Shown: piece by piece, positions 1 through 13,491 of the stretch | How the letters are laid out: every line of letters starts with the position of its first letter | Numbering within the stretch: the first letter of the stretch is position 1 | Source of the DNA: Entomortierella parvispora E1425 | Taxonomy: Eukaryota; Fungi; Mortierellomycota | Assembly (NCBI GenBank): GCA_020891255.1 | Contig: BQFW01000004.1 | Location: forward strand, 2,666,001 to 2,730,000 | Direction of reading: 5' to 3' | Length of the DNA stretch: 64,000 bases | Program-made: the position numbers and the translations under genes | Notes under the pieces: generated by a model | Seen by the model: only the letters and a program-made list of their open reading frames with translations | What the model was told of the DNA's origin: nothing | The model's database searches: none

Positions 1-3000
1 GCCAGCTTCGACGTGTGTTTACTGCTCCGTCAAGAACAAAGCCACTCATCCACACTTTCCATCAGAACAACCCGTCAGACCAGTTGACCTACATGCCTCG
101 TATCCCAGCTCCTGTTCTCTCAGATGAACCACGACGCATTGAATCCAAAAAGAGACACTCTGCTTTGATCCAGCCAGCTCAAGTGGAGGCCATGGTGACC
201 ACTTCAAAGTCACCCTTTACTTCCAACACCGTTGACAATGTTGCCTTTGGAAAGAGTAGCCCAGCTGCTCCTCAGGCTGCCTCTGGGTTCGGAGCCCCTG
301 CAACACCTGGCTTTGGAGCACCCACCACGACTGGCTTTGGAGCGCCTGCCACGACTGGCTTTGGAGCGCCTGCCACGACTGGTTTTGGAGCACCCGCTGC
401 GACTGGTTTTGGAGCACCCGCTGCGACTGGTTTTGGAGTGCCTGCCACGACTGGTTTTGGAGCGCCTGCCGCGCCGGGATTCTCTGGATCGCTATTCAAC
501 TCGTCCCAAACTCTTGGTAAAGCGCCAGCGACCACTTTTGGATCAACATCCCCAACTCTCAGCAAAACGCCTGCAAACACCTTTGGATCAACATCTCCAG
601 TCCTGAGCAAAACGCCCGCGGCTTTTGGATCTTCACCCGCGCCAGGCTTTGGAAGTTTCGGCTCAGTCCCAGCCTCTGGTTCTGGAAATATTCTTGGATC
701 CGCGCCTTCTTCCGGCGCACCATTATTTGGTGCCGCTCCTACCACCACAGCCCCTTTGTTTGGCTCGACGCCTACGGGTGCCAAGTCCACAGGATTTGGA
801 TTTTCATCTACGCCTCCAACGAGCGACAAATCCGCTGGCTTTGGATTCTCAGCACCTGCGCCTACTGAAGCTCCCAAGCCGTTTGCTGGATTCCAGGTTG
901 CAAAGACCGAGCCAGCAGCTGCTAAAGACGAGGAAGAAAAGGTGGAGAGTGAACAAGAAGAGGAAGAGCAGGGTGGTGAGGAAGAGGAGGAAGGCGAGGA
1001 AGCCTATGGATCCGAGGGCGAAGAAGACGACTATGTCGGTGAGAACACGCGCGGCCGATTTGAACACGATGGACAGTACTATGACCTTGGAGATGAATCC
1101 GAGCCAGAGTCTTGGGGCTCGGACACCGACCAGCGCGACTATGAAAACGAAGGAGAGGAAGCTGAAGAAGAGCTCCCCGAAGATGAACAAGGTGACGAAG
1201 AGGAAGAAGAAGAAGAGGAGGAGGAAGAAGAAGGAGATGAGGCGACAGAGCCCAAGGATACCAAGGTCGCCGCCCCTGCATTCTCGTTTGCGGCCGCCGC
1301 AGCCAAATCGGCGGCTCCAGTCGTTCCTGCTTCAAGCGAGCCCAAAAAGCCAGACTTTTCATTCTTTGCGGCAGCGGCCGCCAAGAGCTCTCCCTTTGGA
1401 ACGGCTACTGGCAACAATACCTTTGGCACCCCTACCGCGTTTTCTTTTGGAGCGCCTTCTTCGACCCTTGCTACAAAGGGAACGTCTGCTGAAGCTCTTA
1501 CCCCAACCTCAGATGATGAATCCGCCTTGGATACCGCTGTTGGATCTACAAAGGCAAAGGACACTGTGAAGGAATCACCAAAAGAAGAGAAGGTTCCCGA
1601 GTCCAGCAAATCTGCTGTCACGGTGTCTGAGAGCAAGCCCCTCAAGACTGAGGAAGCAAAAGCACCGGAACCACGCTCACAAGTCCAGGAGAGCGACGAG
1701 GAGGAGTCAGAAGTTGAAGAGGAAGAGGAAGAGGAGGAAGAATACTCTGGCGCTGAGGACAACGAAGAACAGGACAGCGACTTTGACGAGGAAGAAGAGG
1801 AGGAAGAAGTTCAGTCCGGAGGTGATGACAGCGACAAGGAATCTGCATTGACTGCCGTCAAGGTCGGCGGTAGTTTTGGCGGATTACCTGCACTTAAGAG
1901 CGACCTGGCATCCTCTGCTGGATCTTTCAATCTAGTTGAGAAATCCTCAGCCTTTGATAACTCAGCACTAGGAGCAGCTCTTTCCAGTTCGAACATTGCC
2001 TCAAAGAAGGAGCCGACTTTTGTCAAGCTTCCCCGAGCACGCAAAGAGTCTAGAGATTCGCTAGACTCGAACACGACAGATGATGAGGCTGCTGGTAGCG
2101 GATCAGATGTCGGAGAGTCGTCCGCAGCGCGAGGACGGAGCCTTGCCCCTGCTTCTAGCTTTGGAGTGCCTTCCCCGTTTGCAAAGTCCGTTGGCAAGGC
2201 CGACAGCGGCTTGGATTCCTTCAGCCTTTCCCTTGGAGGTGATCAGACCTCCAAGGCAGAGTCCAAGACCGGCACGACCACATGGGGCAGCAGCTCTACT
2301 TCCTCTTGGACTTCAGTCAGTCAGCCAACGACCTCAGCAGCGTCCACGCCAACGACCACGTCAGCTTGGGGAACAGGTTCTGCATTTGGACAGCCCTCGA
2401 CTGTAGGCACTGGATTCGGTCAGAGCAGCTTTGTTCAGTCTACTGGATTCAGCTCCTCTGCGACCGCTCCCACAACATCGGGTCCCGTGAGCTCAGGTTT
2501 TGGAAGCATGTCTGCAGCTCCTGCAACGTCAGGATTCGGTGGGTCAGCATTTGGATCAACATCCGGATTCGGTTCCACAGCCACGACCCCAGCTCCGGTT
2601 ATCTCTACCGGGTTTGGTTCTACGACTTCAGTGCCTGCTGTGTCTGGATTTGGTCAAACATCTCAACTTGGCAGTGGGTTTGGCAGTGGATCAGCCTTTG
2701 GTCAAACATCGACTCTTGGAAGTGGTGGTTCAGCCTTTGGTCAACCTTCGACAGTAGGCTCTGGCGGATCTGGCTTTGGTCAAACGGCCTTTGGCCAGAC
2801 TTCCACGCTTGGAGGTGGTGGATCGGCCTTTGGGCAGACTTCTACTCTTGGCAGCGGTACAGCCTTTGGACAGACATCAGCTCTTGGTAGCGGTGGAAGT
2901 GCATTCGGACAGGCATCGCAGTTGGGAGGAGCGGCTTTTGGACAGACAGCTTTTGGCCAGCCTTCCCAGATCGCTTCGGGATCTTTTGCAAGTGCCAGCC

Positions 3001-3595
3001 AGACCCCATCCGCGTTCCAGGCGGCGGCTGCCCAATCCAATTTTGGAGCTTTTGCAAAGTAAGAGAGTGCGAGAGTGCTTGGTAAAACTATGAAGACCAG
3101 CGCTGCCGCGAACAAAAACTAATTTGATTCTTTTTTTTTTTATGATCCATGAACAACTACTCTAGGACCAGCCAAAACGCGTTTGCGACATTGGCCAGCA
3201 GTGGAACCAATGCTCTTGATCAGGATGCTCAGCAGGGCGGAGGATTTGGAAGCAGTTCCGGCAGTGCCTTTGGAACTGGAGGCAGTGTCTTTGGATCGGG
3301 CGGAGGATTTGGCGACAGTGGATCTTCTGCATTCGGATCAGGAGGCGGTGGATTTGGCAGTGGGGGCGGTTTTGGTGCTCCTAGCAATGCCTCTTCAGGA
3401 TTTGGCGCGTTTGGTGGTGGCGGTGGTTCCAATGCTTTTGGATCTGCTGGTGCGAACCAAGGTGCCAGCGCTTTTGGTACTGGTGGAGGATTTGGAGGAC
3501 AGCAGCAACAGCAGCAGCAAAACCCGAATGTTTTTGGAGGAGCACCTGCCTCGGCCATCAACCCTAACAAGCCATCGTTCTCTGGCTTCCGCTAA
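1..3595 (+). CDS. FG-repeat nucleoporin, Nup214/Nup159-like, 3' part (gene starts upstream of the window); exons ..3058 and 3166..3595
   Basis: The frame is open from the window edge. It encodes GFGAPATT repeats, acidic tracts and SAFGQTSTLG repeats. An intron at 3059-3165 (GTAAGA...CTAG) joins ORF 15..3062 in frame to ORF 3149..3595. C-terminal FG repeats fit a Nup214-type layout. Confidence 0.8.
285..478 (+). repeat. Coding 24-bp tandem repeat, about 8 units of GFGAP(A/T)(T/A)(T/P)
   Basis: Repeated ggYtttggagcRccYgcYRcgact units, visible in both DNA and translation. Confidence 0.9.
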
Positions 3596-3730
3596 AGAAA
3601 AAGAAATACACAGCATGCTGGTAGCTATTTTTGCCCATAAAGATATTTTCGTCCGCACTACATTATGAAGTGTTTTCTGGGTGCCAAGCCAAACATATAT
3701 GAGAAAAAGACAAATACCGGAAAGGAATCT

Positions 3731-5375
3731 TTATTGTGGACGATGACTCGTGCAATGCCTCTGTAGATCAGACTGTACTGGATTCGATTCACCCACATAT
3801 CCCGGGAATACAGTGGGCCAGCAGGTTGGGTGCAGATGAGGGTAGTGATGGGCGACAGCGTTCATGATACCTTTGTAGAGCACTTCGTTGCCCATCCGCT
3901 TTGGGTGCAGCCCATCCATGAGATAGTCCTTCAATTGATCAGACTCGTGCAACACACAGGTACCCTCAACCTGACACATCACCATGGACCAAAGATCGAC
4001 GACAGGCACATGCACCTCCTCGCCGACCTGGATGCAGGCTTGGACATATTCCCGCGTCATGTTGTTGGTGCGATCCACAGGTTCCCCAATCGCTTCCAAG
4101 GACGATGTCCACATTTCATCATCGACTGGTCCAGGAGTGACCAACACAATCTGGGTATCGGGTGAATAGTGAGGAGAATCTGGGTACCGGATGGAGGAAA
4201 CCAAGGATTGGAGGTTGTCCTTGTAAGCCTCCAGGGATACATGTTGGCGGGTGTGGGGCAAAGCCGCGTCATCCGTGCCCAGGGCAATGACCACGAGTTT
4301 GACCGGTGAGCCGCCAACCACAGTCTCTTGGTAGAGCAGGTCTGGGAAAATGGACTTTATCCAGTGCGTGTTATACCCTAGTGATTCGTTCGTGGGGAGA
4401 GAGCGAGAGAGCGAGAGAGCGAGAGAGAGAGGAGGAAAAAGGAACAAAGAAAGGAGGCGAAGGTTTTCCGTTAGAATACCGACCCTGTCCCTCATCTCAT
4501 TGATCGTGAGCCAAAAAAAAACAATGGAAAGTAATGAGCTCGAAGGCACAATCATTCTAGGAAAAACAAAAGAGCCTCAACAAATACAAAAGACAAGGAA
4601 AGGGAAAAAAAAGGGCCAGATGGGAGAGAGTGAGCATAGAGAACCAGAATCAAAAAAAAGAGCCATTACCTGGGAAACTACGCAAAACCACGTCTGCGCG
4701 TCCTGCCCACTCGTCTGCGAGGTACCCCACCCAGCCGTGGACTGCATGCGAATAACCAAAGCGAGAGATCGAGTCGGCCAGGACGACAATCTTGCCAAAG
4801 AGGACACAGTCCTCGCCTGTGGGACCAACTTGGGCCATGCCGGGCGAGGAGGACGAAGAAGGACAGATCGGGCTCAGCATGGTGCGTGGATCGCCCGCAT
4901 CCAGAGGACCCATATAGGGAAAGGTCGCGAACTCGCGATCGGACATGCCGATCTGGGGCGACTCGAGAAGACCGACGATGATCTTGAAGTAGAAGAAAGT
5001 GGCCGTGACGATCAAGGAGACAAAGGCGATGGCAGAGTTGACGGTGTAGACGTTGACGTAGGAGGGTGTGAAGGGGGCATCGCGCGGAAGACGGCCTGTG
5101 CCTTCGTAGGACCTTCCGTTGTAGACAATGTTGTTCTTGTTGTTGTTGTTGTTATGGTTGCGGTCATGGGGTCTGTTGTTGTTGTTGATATTGTCGTGAA
5201 GACTATTGTTATCCTCAGCAAGGGTCGAGGCTCCGAGAGACGAAGATGATGGCGCGGTGCTGATACCACGACCAGTATCAGCGCCGGTGGTCGCAGCGGA
5301 GGTTGAGGAGTCGAGAGTTGCGGGGTCTGACTCTGCTGGCCCTGGATCGCTGCTGATTACGTCTCGTCGCCGCAT
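3731..5375 (-). CDS. SGNH/GDSL hydrolase, IAH1-like, with N-terminal transmembrane helix; exons 5375..4670 and 4377..3731
   Basis: Blocks VVLADSIS, SFPGYNT (spanning intron 4669-4378, GTAATG...CTAG), LGTDDA and DGLHP. Hydrophobic segment AIAFVSLIVTATFFYFKIIVGLL. Confidence 0.85.
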
Positions 5376-5551
5376 GCGCGTCACTGGGTCCTGAGTGTTT
5401 GAAGGATGGAAAGAGATCCGGATGATGTGGATGAAGCGAGGATGACGACTGAGGGCAAGAAGGGGGACAGACAGACAGCCAGGGGACAAGGGCGAGAGGG
5501 GGAGGGAGGGCGAGGCTAATTCGGGTGTGAATGTGGGTGGGTTTTGATGCA

Positions 5552-5619
5552 GTCAATCAAATCAAATCAATCAGTCAATCAATCAAATCAATCAGTCAAT
5601 CAATCAGTCAATCAATCAA
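5552..5619. repeat. (TCAA)n-type microsatellite in the divergent intergenic region
   Basis: Run of tcaa/tcaaa/tcag units. Confidence 0.9.
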
Positions 5620-5986
5620 AGAGTGGGGTGAGAGGGAGGAAAAAGAGACTCACGGCACACTCGACCCAGGCAATAAGCTTTTCTTTTCTCTCGCTCACTT
5701 TCGCTCTGTTGGGTTTTTTTTTTCCTTTTCTCCCTTCCTTCCTTTCACGCCTTCTGTCTCTCTTTCTCTCTCTCTCTCTCTTTCCTCATTCATCCCATCC
5801 ATCCTTCCTCTCTCATCTCTTTGTCATCCTTGCTTCTCTCCTCCTCCTCCTCCTCCTCCTCCTCCTCTCCTTCTTTTCCCTCTTCACTTTCCTTCTCTTC
5901 CTCCTCTCCTTTTCCCTTCTCCTGGCTGTCGTCACCTCATCCTTCTCTTCGCAGTAGTGTCGCACGAGTAGCACACACAACCGCTC

Positions 5987-7610
5987 ATGTCCTCTGCCGC
6001 CTCAAAAAAGAACGATCCCCCTCCCTCCAGGCCAGTCTCCTTCTCGCGTCCCCTCTCCTTCTCCTTCCAACAAAAACCACTCTTTGCCCAAAACCTGCAG
6101 TCCCCATCCCCTTCTTCTTACCATGCCAAACCCAACATCACCATCCGCACAAACTCAATGTCCCTTCCGGGAGGATTCGCTTCCCAGCCCAGAGCCCAGA
6201 AGCCCCTAGCCCGTATTCTCTACTATGGCCAGCAAACCCTCGCTCGCCTCAGACGTTTCCAGCGGATACGAAGCCGCCGAGGCGGACCCGAGCGCAACTG
6301 GTACCAGATCTTGACCTCGCTTGCACTCCTAGTTCTCTTTCTGGCGTTTGTCCGCATCTGCTCCTCAGGTACCGCCTCGTTCCGATTCTCGAGAAGCCAG
6401 GCCTTGGGTCCTAAAATGGCCGAGACGATCCATGCTTTAGAATCACTTCAGTACACAACGAGCGCAGGCGCCGTGGTGTACCTCGACAAGGAAAAGCTGT
6501 ATTCGGGTGTACGACGGTCTAGACTATATCAAGGGACGCGAATTAGGCGACAGATCATGGACGCGCAAAAGGACCCTATTATCAAGGTCGTGAATGCGGA
6601 TACATTGGACGAGGCCTTGAAACTGAAGCGGCAAGGGTTGAAACCCATCGTGCTGGACATGGCCAACAGAGAGTTCCCTGGAGGAGGTACATTGCATATT
6701 GTTTGGAGCATGCATCTCTCAGTCGTATTTTACCTGCAGGTGTTTCTTCTTTCCTGGTGCTAACAAGTCCGCCCTCCTTTATTTTTGGGGTACCAATCGC
6801 TAGACTACAGAGCCGATGGAACAACACAGGAAGCTGGACTTTTTAGAAGGACGAATCTCTACCAATGCCTCGATACAGAACCTAGACGGTCAGAGTTTTA
6901 TCCGCTGCCCAGTCAAGGTGCAGTCTATTGCCCAAACATGGTCGTCTTGAGAAAGTCGAGCTTGGAAGACGATGCGTTTATGGATCGACCTGAATGGATG
7001 AGCTTTTTGGTAAGAGAGCATTCTTTCTCTCTCTTTCTTTTTTTTTTTTTTTTTCTTTTCAAAAGTCTCAGTTCTTGTTCCAACAATGTTAATTTATTCT
7101 ATGGATAAACATAGACCATGGCACCCCTCAGAAATCCTCCTCTTATTCCTAACGAGGCGAACGAGCTGATCCTTGGCGAGAGAGCCATGATTATTACCAA
7201 GAAAAAGATTCAGAATATGTTTAGAATCGCTTTGGACAATGGTGCGTGTCTGGCAATTCTTTGAGAATGACGATCGGCTCGAGGGAGGAGCAGATGTATT
7301 GAGGCCTGTCCATGAACTCATATTTTCTTTATTGTTATTATTAGGCCATGACGCGATCGTTTTGTCAGCCTTTGGCTGTGGGCGTTTGCACAATCCTCCA
7401 GAATCGGTGGCCAGGATATTCAAAGAAGTCATCCGGTCAAATTATATGGGAGGCATCAAAACGGGCCGCACATTTACTCAGATTGTGTTTGCCATCACAG
7501 ATTACAAGAGTCGTGACGCGGATGTCGAGGATTCCGTTAATTTTGACACGTTCAAACGCGTCATGGAGAGTCCGGATGAGATTGTTGGAGAAGAGGAATC
7601 CGAGTCATGA
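5987..7610 (+). CDS. TIGR02452 / microbial-type PARG (macrodomain) family protein with N-terminal TM helix; exons 5987..6686, 6804..7009, 7115..7241, 7345..7610
   Basis: Motifs VVNADTL, IVLDMANREFPGGD-x6-QEAGLFRRTNL, YPLP-x4-VYCPN, IALDNGHDAIVLSAFGCG-x3-NPP and IVFAI. All three GT-AG introns keep the frame. Confidence 0.8.
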
Positions 7611-8056
7611 GAGAGGAAAACTCTTCTACAATAAAGTGAAAGGAGAGGAGGAGGGAGTCACTCTGCTGCTGGCCAGCGATGCACTCAACTTTTCTTGTAT
7701 ACCAATATGATCAAAGCGCGAGGACTGTGGTTCAAGGTCTGCCGTGGAAAAGGAAGATTCTTCTTGCCCGCATCCTAGTGGCCCTTCAAAGTGCATGGGG
7801 ATCAAGAGAAATCAACAAAAAAAAAAAAAAAAAAAAATCACGCGCGACTCTCGCGTTTTGCTGTCCTTGTTCCAGTTCAGGAGAGGACCGACACTGGCTG
7901 GGCGATGCAGCCCCTCCTCCATGCAAGGCTAGTGAGGCTGACATTCGTTCCATTCTCTTCTTCCTTTTCTCTCTGCGTCCCTTCATCCATTTCATTCAGC
8001 CTTTCCCTCCTCTCCTCTCCTCTCCTCTCCACTCCCCTTCTTGCTCGTCTTCTCCC

Positions 8057-11000
8057 ATGGAATACGCTGATCCGAATGCGCACCACAGCTCGTCGGCACC
8101 TACGCCGCGTAGACGAAAGGCCGAACAGAGCGCAGTACGTGTGCTTGTCCCCAAATAGGTTGTCTGCCTGGGCCTGACTGCTTCCGCTGGTGTGGCCCCC
8201 TTGGGCAAGCATTGCCTGCCCATGGCAAGGAATGGCACTCATTCATTCATTCATTCATTCTGCAAAGATCGACTCTTACCCTGCCCTGCCTCTTTTTCCT
8301 GTCATAGACTAATCCAATCGAGGCCACAGTGACCAAGCTGCTGGTCGCCACAAAGCAGTTGCTGGAGAGTCTCACGCTCTGGTCCCAGCGCAAGATGAAC
8401 GAGGACAAGGTGTCGGATATCTTTGTCCAGCTGGCCACTCAGTTCAACCTCGCCTGCCAATCCTTCCACGACGTTGGCATCGAAACGAGGTAGATACAAG
8501 CTAACATCAAAGACCAAGGATTGTCTATCTGTTGTTTAAGGATTGTCTATCTGTTGCTTAAGGACTGTCAATCTGTTGTTCAAACATGCTGATGCAGATT
8601 CCCTTTTCCTTTCTATTCCCCTGTCGTCCGCATGCAGAGAGCTTGCCCATATCCCTGATGACCTCCGTGGATGCCTAGAGACGGCCTTGGGAGAAGAGCC
8701 CTCTCCGACTTCTCTGGACCAATACCTTCCAAAGGTCAAGGAGATCATCATCAACCTCTTACAAGGACTTCGACAAAAGCAAAACATCTTTCGAGAGCAG
8801 AACGAAGCAAAGACAGCTCGCCTTCAAAACGCAAGATCCTCCTCCCCGTCTCTCAGCCGATCCAAGAGCAACGGAAGCAACTTTAGACAACCAGCCCCTC
8901 CTGTCTATTCGCCCGACCCTGACAGTAACAACCAGAACCTGGGCGCCACAGGAGCATATAGGAGCCAGTCTCTCAATACAGGACCCCAGGCTCCCACAGT
9001 CTCTGTCTCTTCACCACAGGACGAGATAGGCCATGCTCAGACGCTGGCCTCTCTCCGAAAGAGCGATGCTATTACACGACGCGCCTCCTCCAGGCGACAT
9101 TCACAACGGTTTTCGACTCTGCTGGAACAGAACGCACCTCCTGTTCCACGTCGCCAGGTCGTTATGGACCCAGGCATGCTTGCCATGTATCCGGGCTACC
9201 CAAGCTCTCAAGGATCGACTCCAATGACCAGCCCGAATTTTATATCGTACGGCCAGTTCTCTCCCGTGCTCAACAGTTCGTCCTTGTCAACTGGAAGTAT
9301 GTATAGTCGATCCATAGAAGGGCTCCCTCAGCCACCAACGGTACCTGTGCCGCATCTGCCACAGTCGCCTGCGGCCCCTCCATCTCCCGCCCCTTACTCG
9401 CAGTCCATTCCGACTGCCTCTACTACTGTAGGCACCGCGGCCATGGGATCTCCGCAACTAGGCACGTCTTATATGATGCAGGCTGCTTCGGCACTTGCAA
9501 CTCCGGAGCCGATGGCGGCAACGGTGGCGGGCATGACTCCTCAACAGCAGCCCATACCGATCCTAACTGGATCCAACGAGACAATGAACAGCCTTGCTCC
9601 GCGTCCACCCATCCAAATGGGAGCCAGCTCTGTCTCCATCCCCGTCTCCGATATGACTCGTAAGAAGAGAGAAGAAGGAATTGATGGAATCTTTCCCTCT
9701 GGGCTTGTACTGGAACTAATTTTTACCTTTTTTTCCATTTTTTTCCCCTCCTCTTTTGATATCATTAGCGGCAGAGACCACGAACGCGGGATTGACCTTG
9801 TTCCTCCAGGTGGGCAAGAGCGTGAAAAAGACGCGTTTCGAAGGCGAGTTGACACATTCAGGACTTCGGATGGTGTTTATGGAAAAGTTTCAGTATAATC
9901 CAGGGCAGGAGGATTTCCCAACCATCTACGTCAAGGATCCTCAAACCAACATTCACTATGAACTCGAGTCGCTTGCGGATGTGAAGCAGAACGCTTTCTT
10001 GTCGCTGAATGTTGATGGTAAGCGATAGAGAATATGACCCGATGGGTCAGTCATCCAACGCAAAACCAATGACACAAATTGTTGTCCCTGACTCTAATCC
10101 TGTTCGTTTTGTTTAGATCTGGAGAACATTCAACGCAAGATGGACCAAGGATTCGCGGCCTTGACCAAGGAGCTGAGTGAGATTAAGAAGGCTCAGGAAC
10201 TGGTAGAGTCAAATCGTCAAAAGGCTGCTGCAGCAGCCGCGGCTGTGGCTGTGGCTAACAGTCCACCAGAACGCAAGGTGTCAAGCATGGAGGGCGCGCC
10301 GGCACTGCGGTCTGTCGTGGGGAAAGTTATTGCCCAGGCGAGAGCCTCCTCCCTCTCTGAAACTGCAGCTACAACAGCGTCCACAACAGAAACTACAGAG
10401 CCAACAGCGAGCCCGTCCTCATCCTCGGAAAAGATTGCAGCTGCAGACCTCAAACCGCAATACGAGGAAGTTCTGTCGTTACGTCGGGACATGGGAGTGG
10501 TTCGACAACTGTACACGGAAATGCAAACCGAGACAAAGACAATGCTGGGGACCTTGGCCGGCTACACCTCCCAGATTCGAAAGCAAGCGTCGGAAGGCCC
10601 TGTTTCCTCGAGGACGTTTATTGAATCTGGCAAGGTCAAGCTGGACCAGAAATCGGAAGGCCTGACCAACCGTATCGAGGACCTACAGGATGTGGTCGAG
10701 GACATGAAGATGAATGTAACGCAGCGACGCGGGCGACCCAGCGACCATTCGATTGCGTTTGCAGATAAGCAGTGCGAGGAGCTAGGAAGGGAGATTGAGG
10801 AACTGTCCAACTTCATCCAGACCTTGAGACCCTCTTGGAAAAAGACGTGGGAGGTCGAACTTCAGACGATTGTCAAGGAACAAATGTTTTTGAAAGAACA
10901 AGAGGGACTCCTCGAGGATCTGAAGGAGGATAGGGCTTCACTGCTGCAAACACTGGCTAATCTGAAAAAATTACTGGAGCTTCAGGTCAAGAATAGCGGT

Positions 11001-11376
11001 GGCCTAGCGTCGCGCGAGTTTATGTTCCAACCAGCCGACGAGGGTGATTTGGAAGGTCTGAAGAGCTCGGTCTTGGAGGAGGTCAAGATGATTGAACCGG
11101 ACTCGGACAAACGACTGAAGGCGATGGCGCAGATGGAAAAGTTGCGCCATATCGAGCTATCCAACAGGATTGATGAGTTTGAGGAGGAACTGACGACATT
11201 TGTGGGGGCCAGCAAGCTCCGAAAGACTGGAGGGGCCTTGGAGGTGGAACGCCAGCGCCAGCAGAGGGATTCGGAGCACCTGAAGGCTATGTTTGCGAGC
11301 AAGATCAAGGCTGCAGAGACGGCGGCGGCTTCGTCCGCAGAGGCGACGAATGGCGACGACGGCGGTGCAGTCGATG

Positions 11377-11381
<5 letters not shown>
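8057..11381 (+). CDS. BUD6: Actin-interacting protein Bud6/Aip3, multi-exon
   Basis: N-terminal IEATVTKLLVATKQLLESLT motif and AIP3 domain start LFLQVGKSVKK...IYVKDP-x4-HYELE...LSLN, followed by a coiled-coil core. Introns at about 8135-8307, 8490-8637, 9659-9767 and 10018-10117. Confidence 0.85.
8516..8581. repeat. Three tandem 22-bp units inside a Bud6 intron
   Basis: aaggattgtctatctgttgttt / aaggattgtctatctgttgctt / aaggactgtcaatctgttgttc. Confidence 0.9.
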
Positions 11382-11410
<29 letters not shown>

Positions 11411-11858
11411 ATATGGACAGGGAGTGGGCGCCTTGTTCCAGCCAGAATAAAACCGAGAGTACCAGATCACAAAAGGGAAAAAGGGAGCAGCTCACTTCCA
11501 GGTTCTATTTTCTGCGTCTGTCTATCTCTGGAGAGGGCAGAGGGGGAAAGAGGCAGAAGAACAAGAAGAAGAGCTCAGCCATTTGCTCCGTCTCCTCTCG
11601 TGGTGCTTTGCCATGGCGCTTTGTCGCACAAGGGCTTGGATGCAGGCCGCGCGATGGCAGCGCGTCACGTTCTGGGAAGGAGAGCGAGGCGGGAGAGACC
11701 ACGCGGGGCAGGAACTCTTTATTTCTTTCCCTTCTTTCTTTCTTTTCTTCATTCCATCCGTTCACTTCATCTTTCGGACTCCCCTTCCTCGCTCCCAGCC
11801 TGTCTGCCACTCGATAAACCTCTTTTACAGGAACAACCAAAACTATTAAGACTAAACC

Positions 11859-12989
11859 ATGGGTCAAGGCGCTTCACAACCTCTGGAGGAGATGGTCAGG
11901 GATTCCAACTGTAAGCCAAAAAGCTCATTAATGAGCCAGTTAGCCACCCAGCCAGCCAGCTTGTCAGGCAGGACCACAGTGCAATTGTGAGCATGGAGTG
12001 ACGCTCGGGGCAGGAGGGCAGGAAATGGGCACTCTTTCGATCCCAGGCTTTGTGGCTTCTTAAGCTGGACAATGACATGGACCTTCTTTCTTCAGGCGCA
12101 CCCCCTCGTCATCATGGAATCACGCAGACCGAGAACGGGATTCTTCAAACACAGGGAATGAGCGCAGCCAAACCTACCACAAACGGCTAGGTTTTTTTTC
12201 CCAACCTTGGGCGACTTGTTTGTTGAGGACCCATCCACTTATTGACCTATTCTTGCCTTTTTGTTTTCTCCATCATGTCTCTATCGGCCGTTCTCTCTTC
12301 TTTTTTGTTATCTCAACGGCGTGGGGTTCTGTCCTTAGTCACCGCAGAAGAGATCCAAAGACTGTACAAGCGTTTCATGAAGCTGGACAAGGACGGGTCA
12401 GGATCGATTGACAAGGAAGAATTCTTGGCGATCCCTCAAATCGCTACCAACCCCTTGGCTTCCCGCTTGATTGCCATCATGGACGAGGACGGTGGTGGAG
12501 ATGTTGATTTCAAAGAGTTTATTGCCGGATTGAGCGCCTTCAGTAACAAGGGCAACAAGATTGAGAAGTTGCGTTGTAAGTTTATTGTTTTTGTTTTGTT
12601 TCTTTTACCAACCTGTCCCCCCCACCCCTCCTGTCTCTCCTTGGAGAGCTATACTATCGATGCAAAGACAAAGCGGGTACTGATGTCATTGTTTTTTTTG
12701 CGTTCTTTTTTTCCTTTTTTATATTTCTTTTTGTCATTCCCCTGGTGTAATAGTCGCTTTTAAGGTATACGACATGGACAGGGATGGTTACATCTCGAAC
12801 GGAGAGTTATTCCTGGTCCTGAAGATGATGGTGGGATCCAACCTGAAGGATAATCAGCTCCAGCAGATCGTGGACAAGACCATTATGGAGGCCGATACCG
12901 ATGGCGACAACAAGATCTCGTTTGAGGAGTTTTGTGGCGCCGTCGAGAACACGGATATTGCAAAGCAAATGACTCTAGAGTCCTTTTAA
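11859..12989 (+). CDS. CNB1: Calcineurin regulatory subunit B; exons 11859..11910, 12339..12575, 12754..12989
   Basis: MG myristoylation start and four EF-hands ([36 protein letters not shown]). Splice junctions are in frame. Confidence 0.97.
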
Positions 12990-13491
12990 ACAAGAAGAAA
13001 AAGAAAAAAAGAAAAAAAAAATTCTTCATTTTTTGGGAGGGTATCTGACCCAAAAGACAAAGGAAAGGGGGGGCGAGCTCAGGGCTTGGGCATCCAATGC
13101 TGGAGAACCTCCTTTTCTTATTTGCACGCACATCATGCCCTTTTTTTTTGAAAACAGAACAACTGTATTAAAAAATCATATCAGCTCTCAAAACTTTTTT
13201 ATTCACAAAAAAGAGACTTTTTTGGGGATATCTATCTATGCACATGGTATGGTGTCGGGGGGGTTTTTTTTTTAGAAAAGAGAATTGCAATGAGCAGGGT
13301 AAATATCCAAAGAGGATGATGGGATAAAAGGAAAAAAAAAAAAGTGGATAAAGAAAAAAATGTACACAAAAAAAAGCAAAGGAATAAAGATGAAAATGAA
13401 AATGTGAAAGAGCCAACCTTTGGCGATGGAAGGAGGTCAAGGTGATGAGGTGATGAGGTGAGTAGAACGGAAATAGAAGAGAAAGGGGGGT

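Noticed and set aside
8516-8581. CRISPR-like direct repeats
   Set aside because: The units are adjacent with no spacers and lie in a eukaryotic intron, so this is a simple tandem repeat.
11380-11407. Long poly-A runs (also about 17605, 45066, 49560, 60340) as retro-insertion tails
   Set aside because: They are frequent throughout introns and UTRs on both strands, without adjacent processed-gene sequence or target-site duplications.
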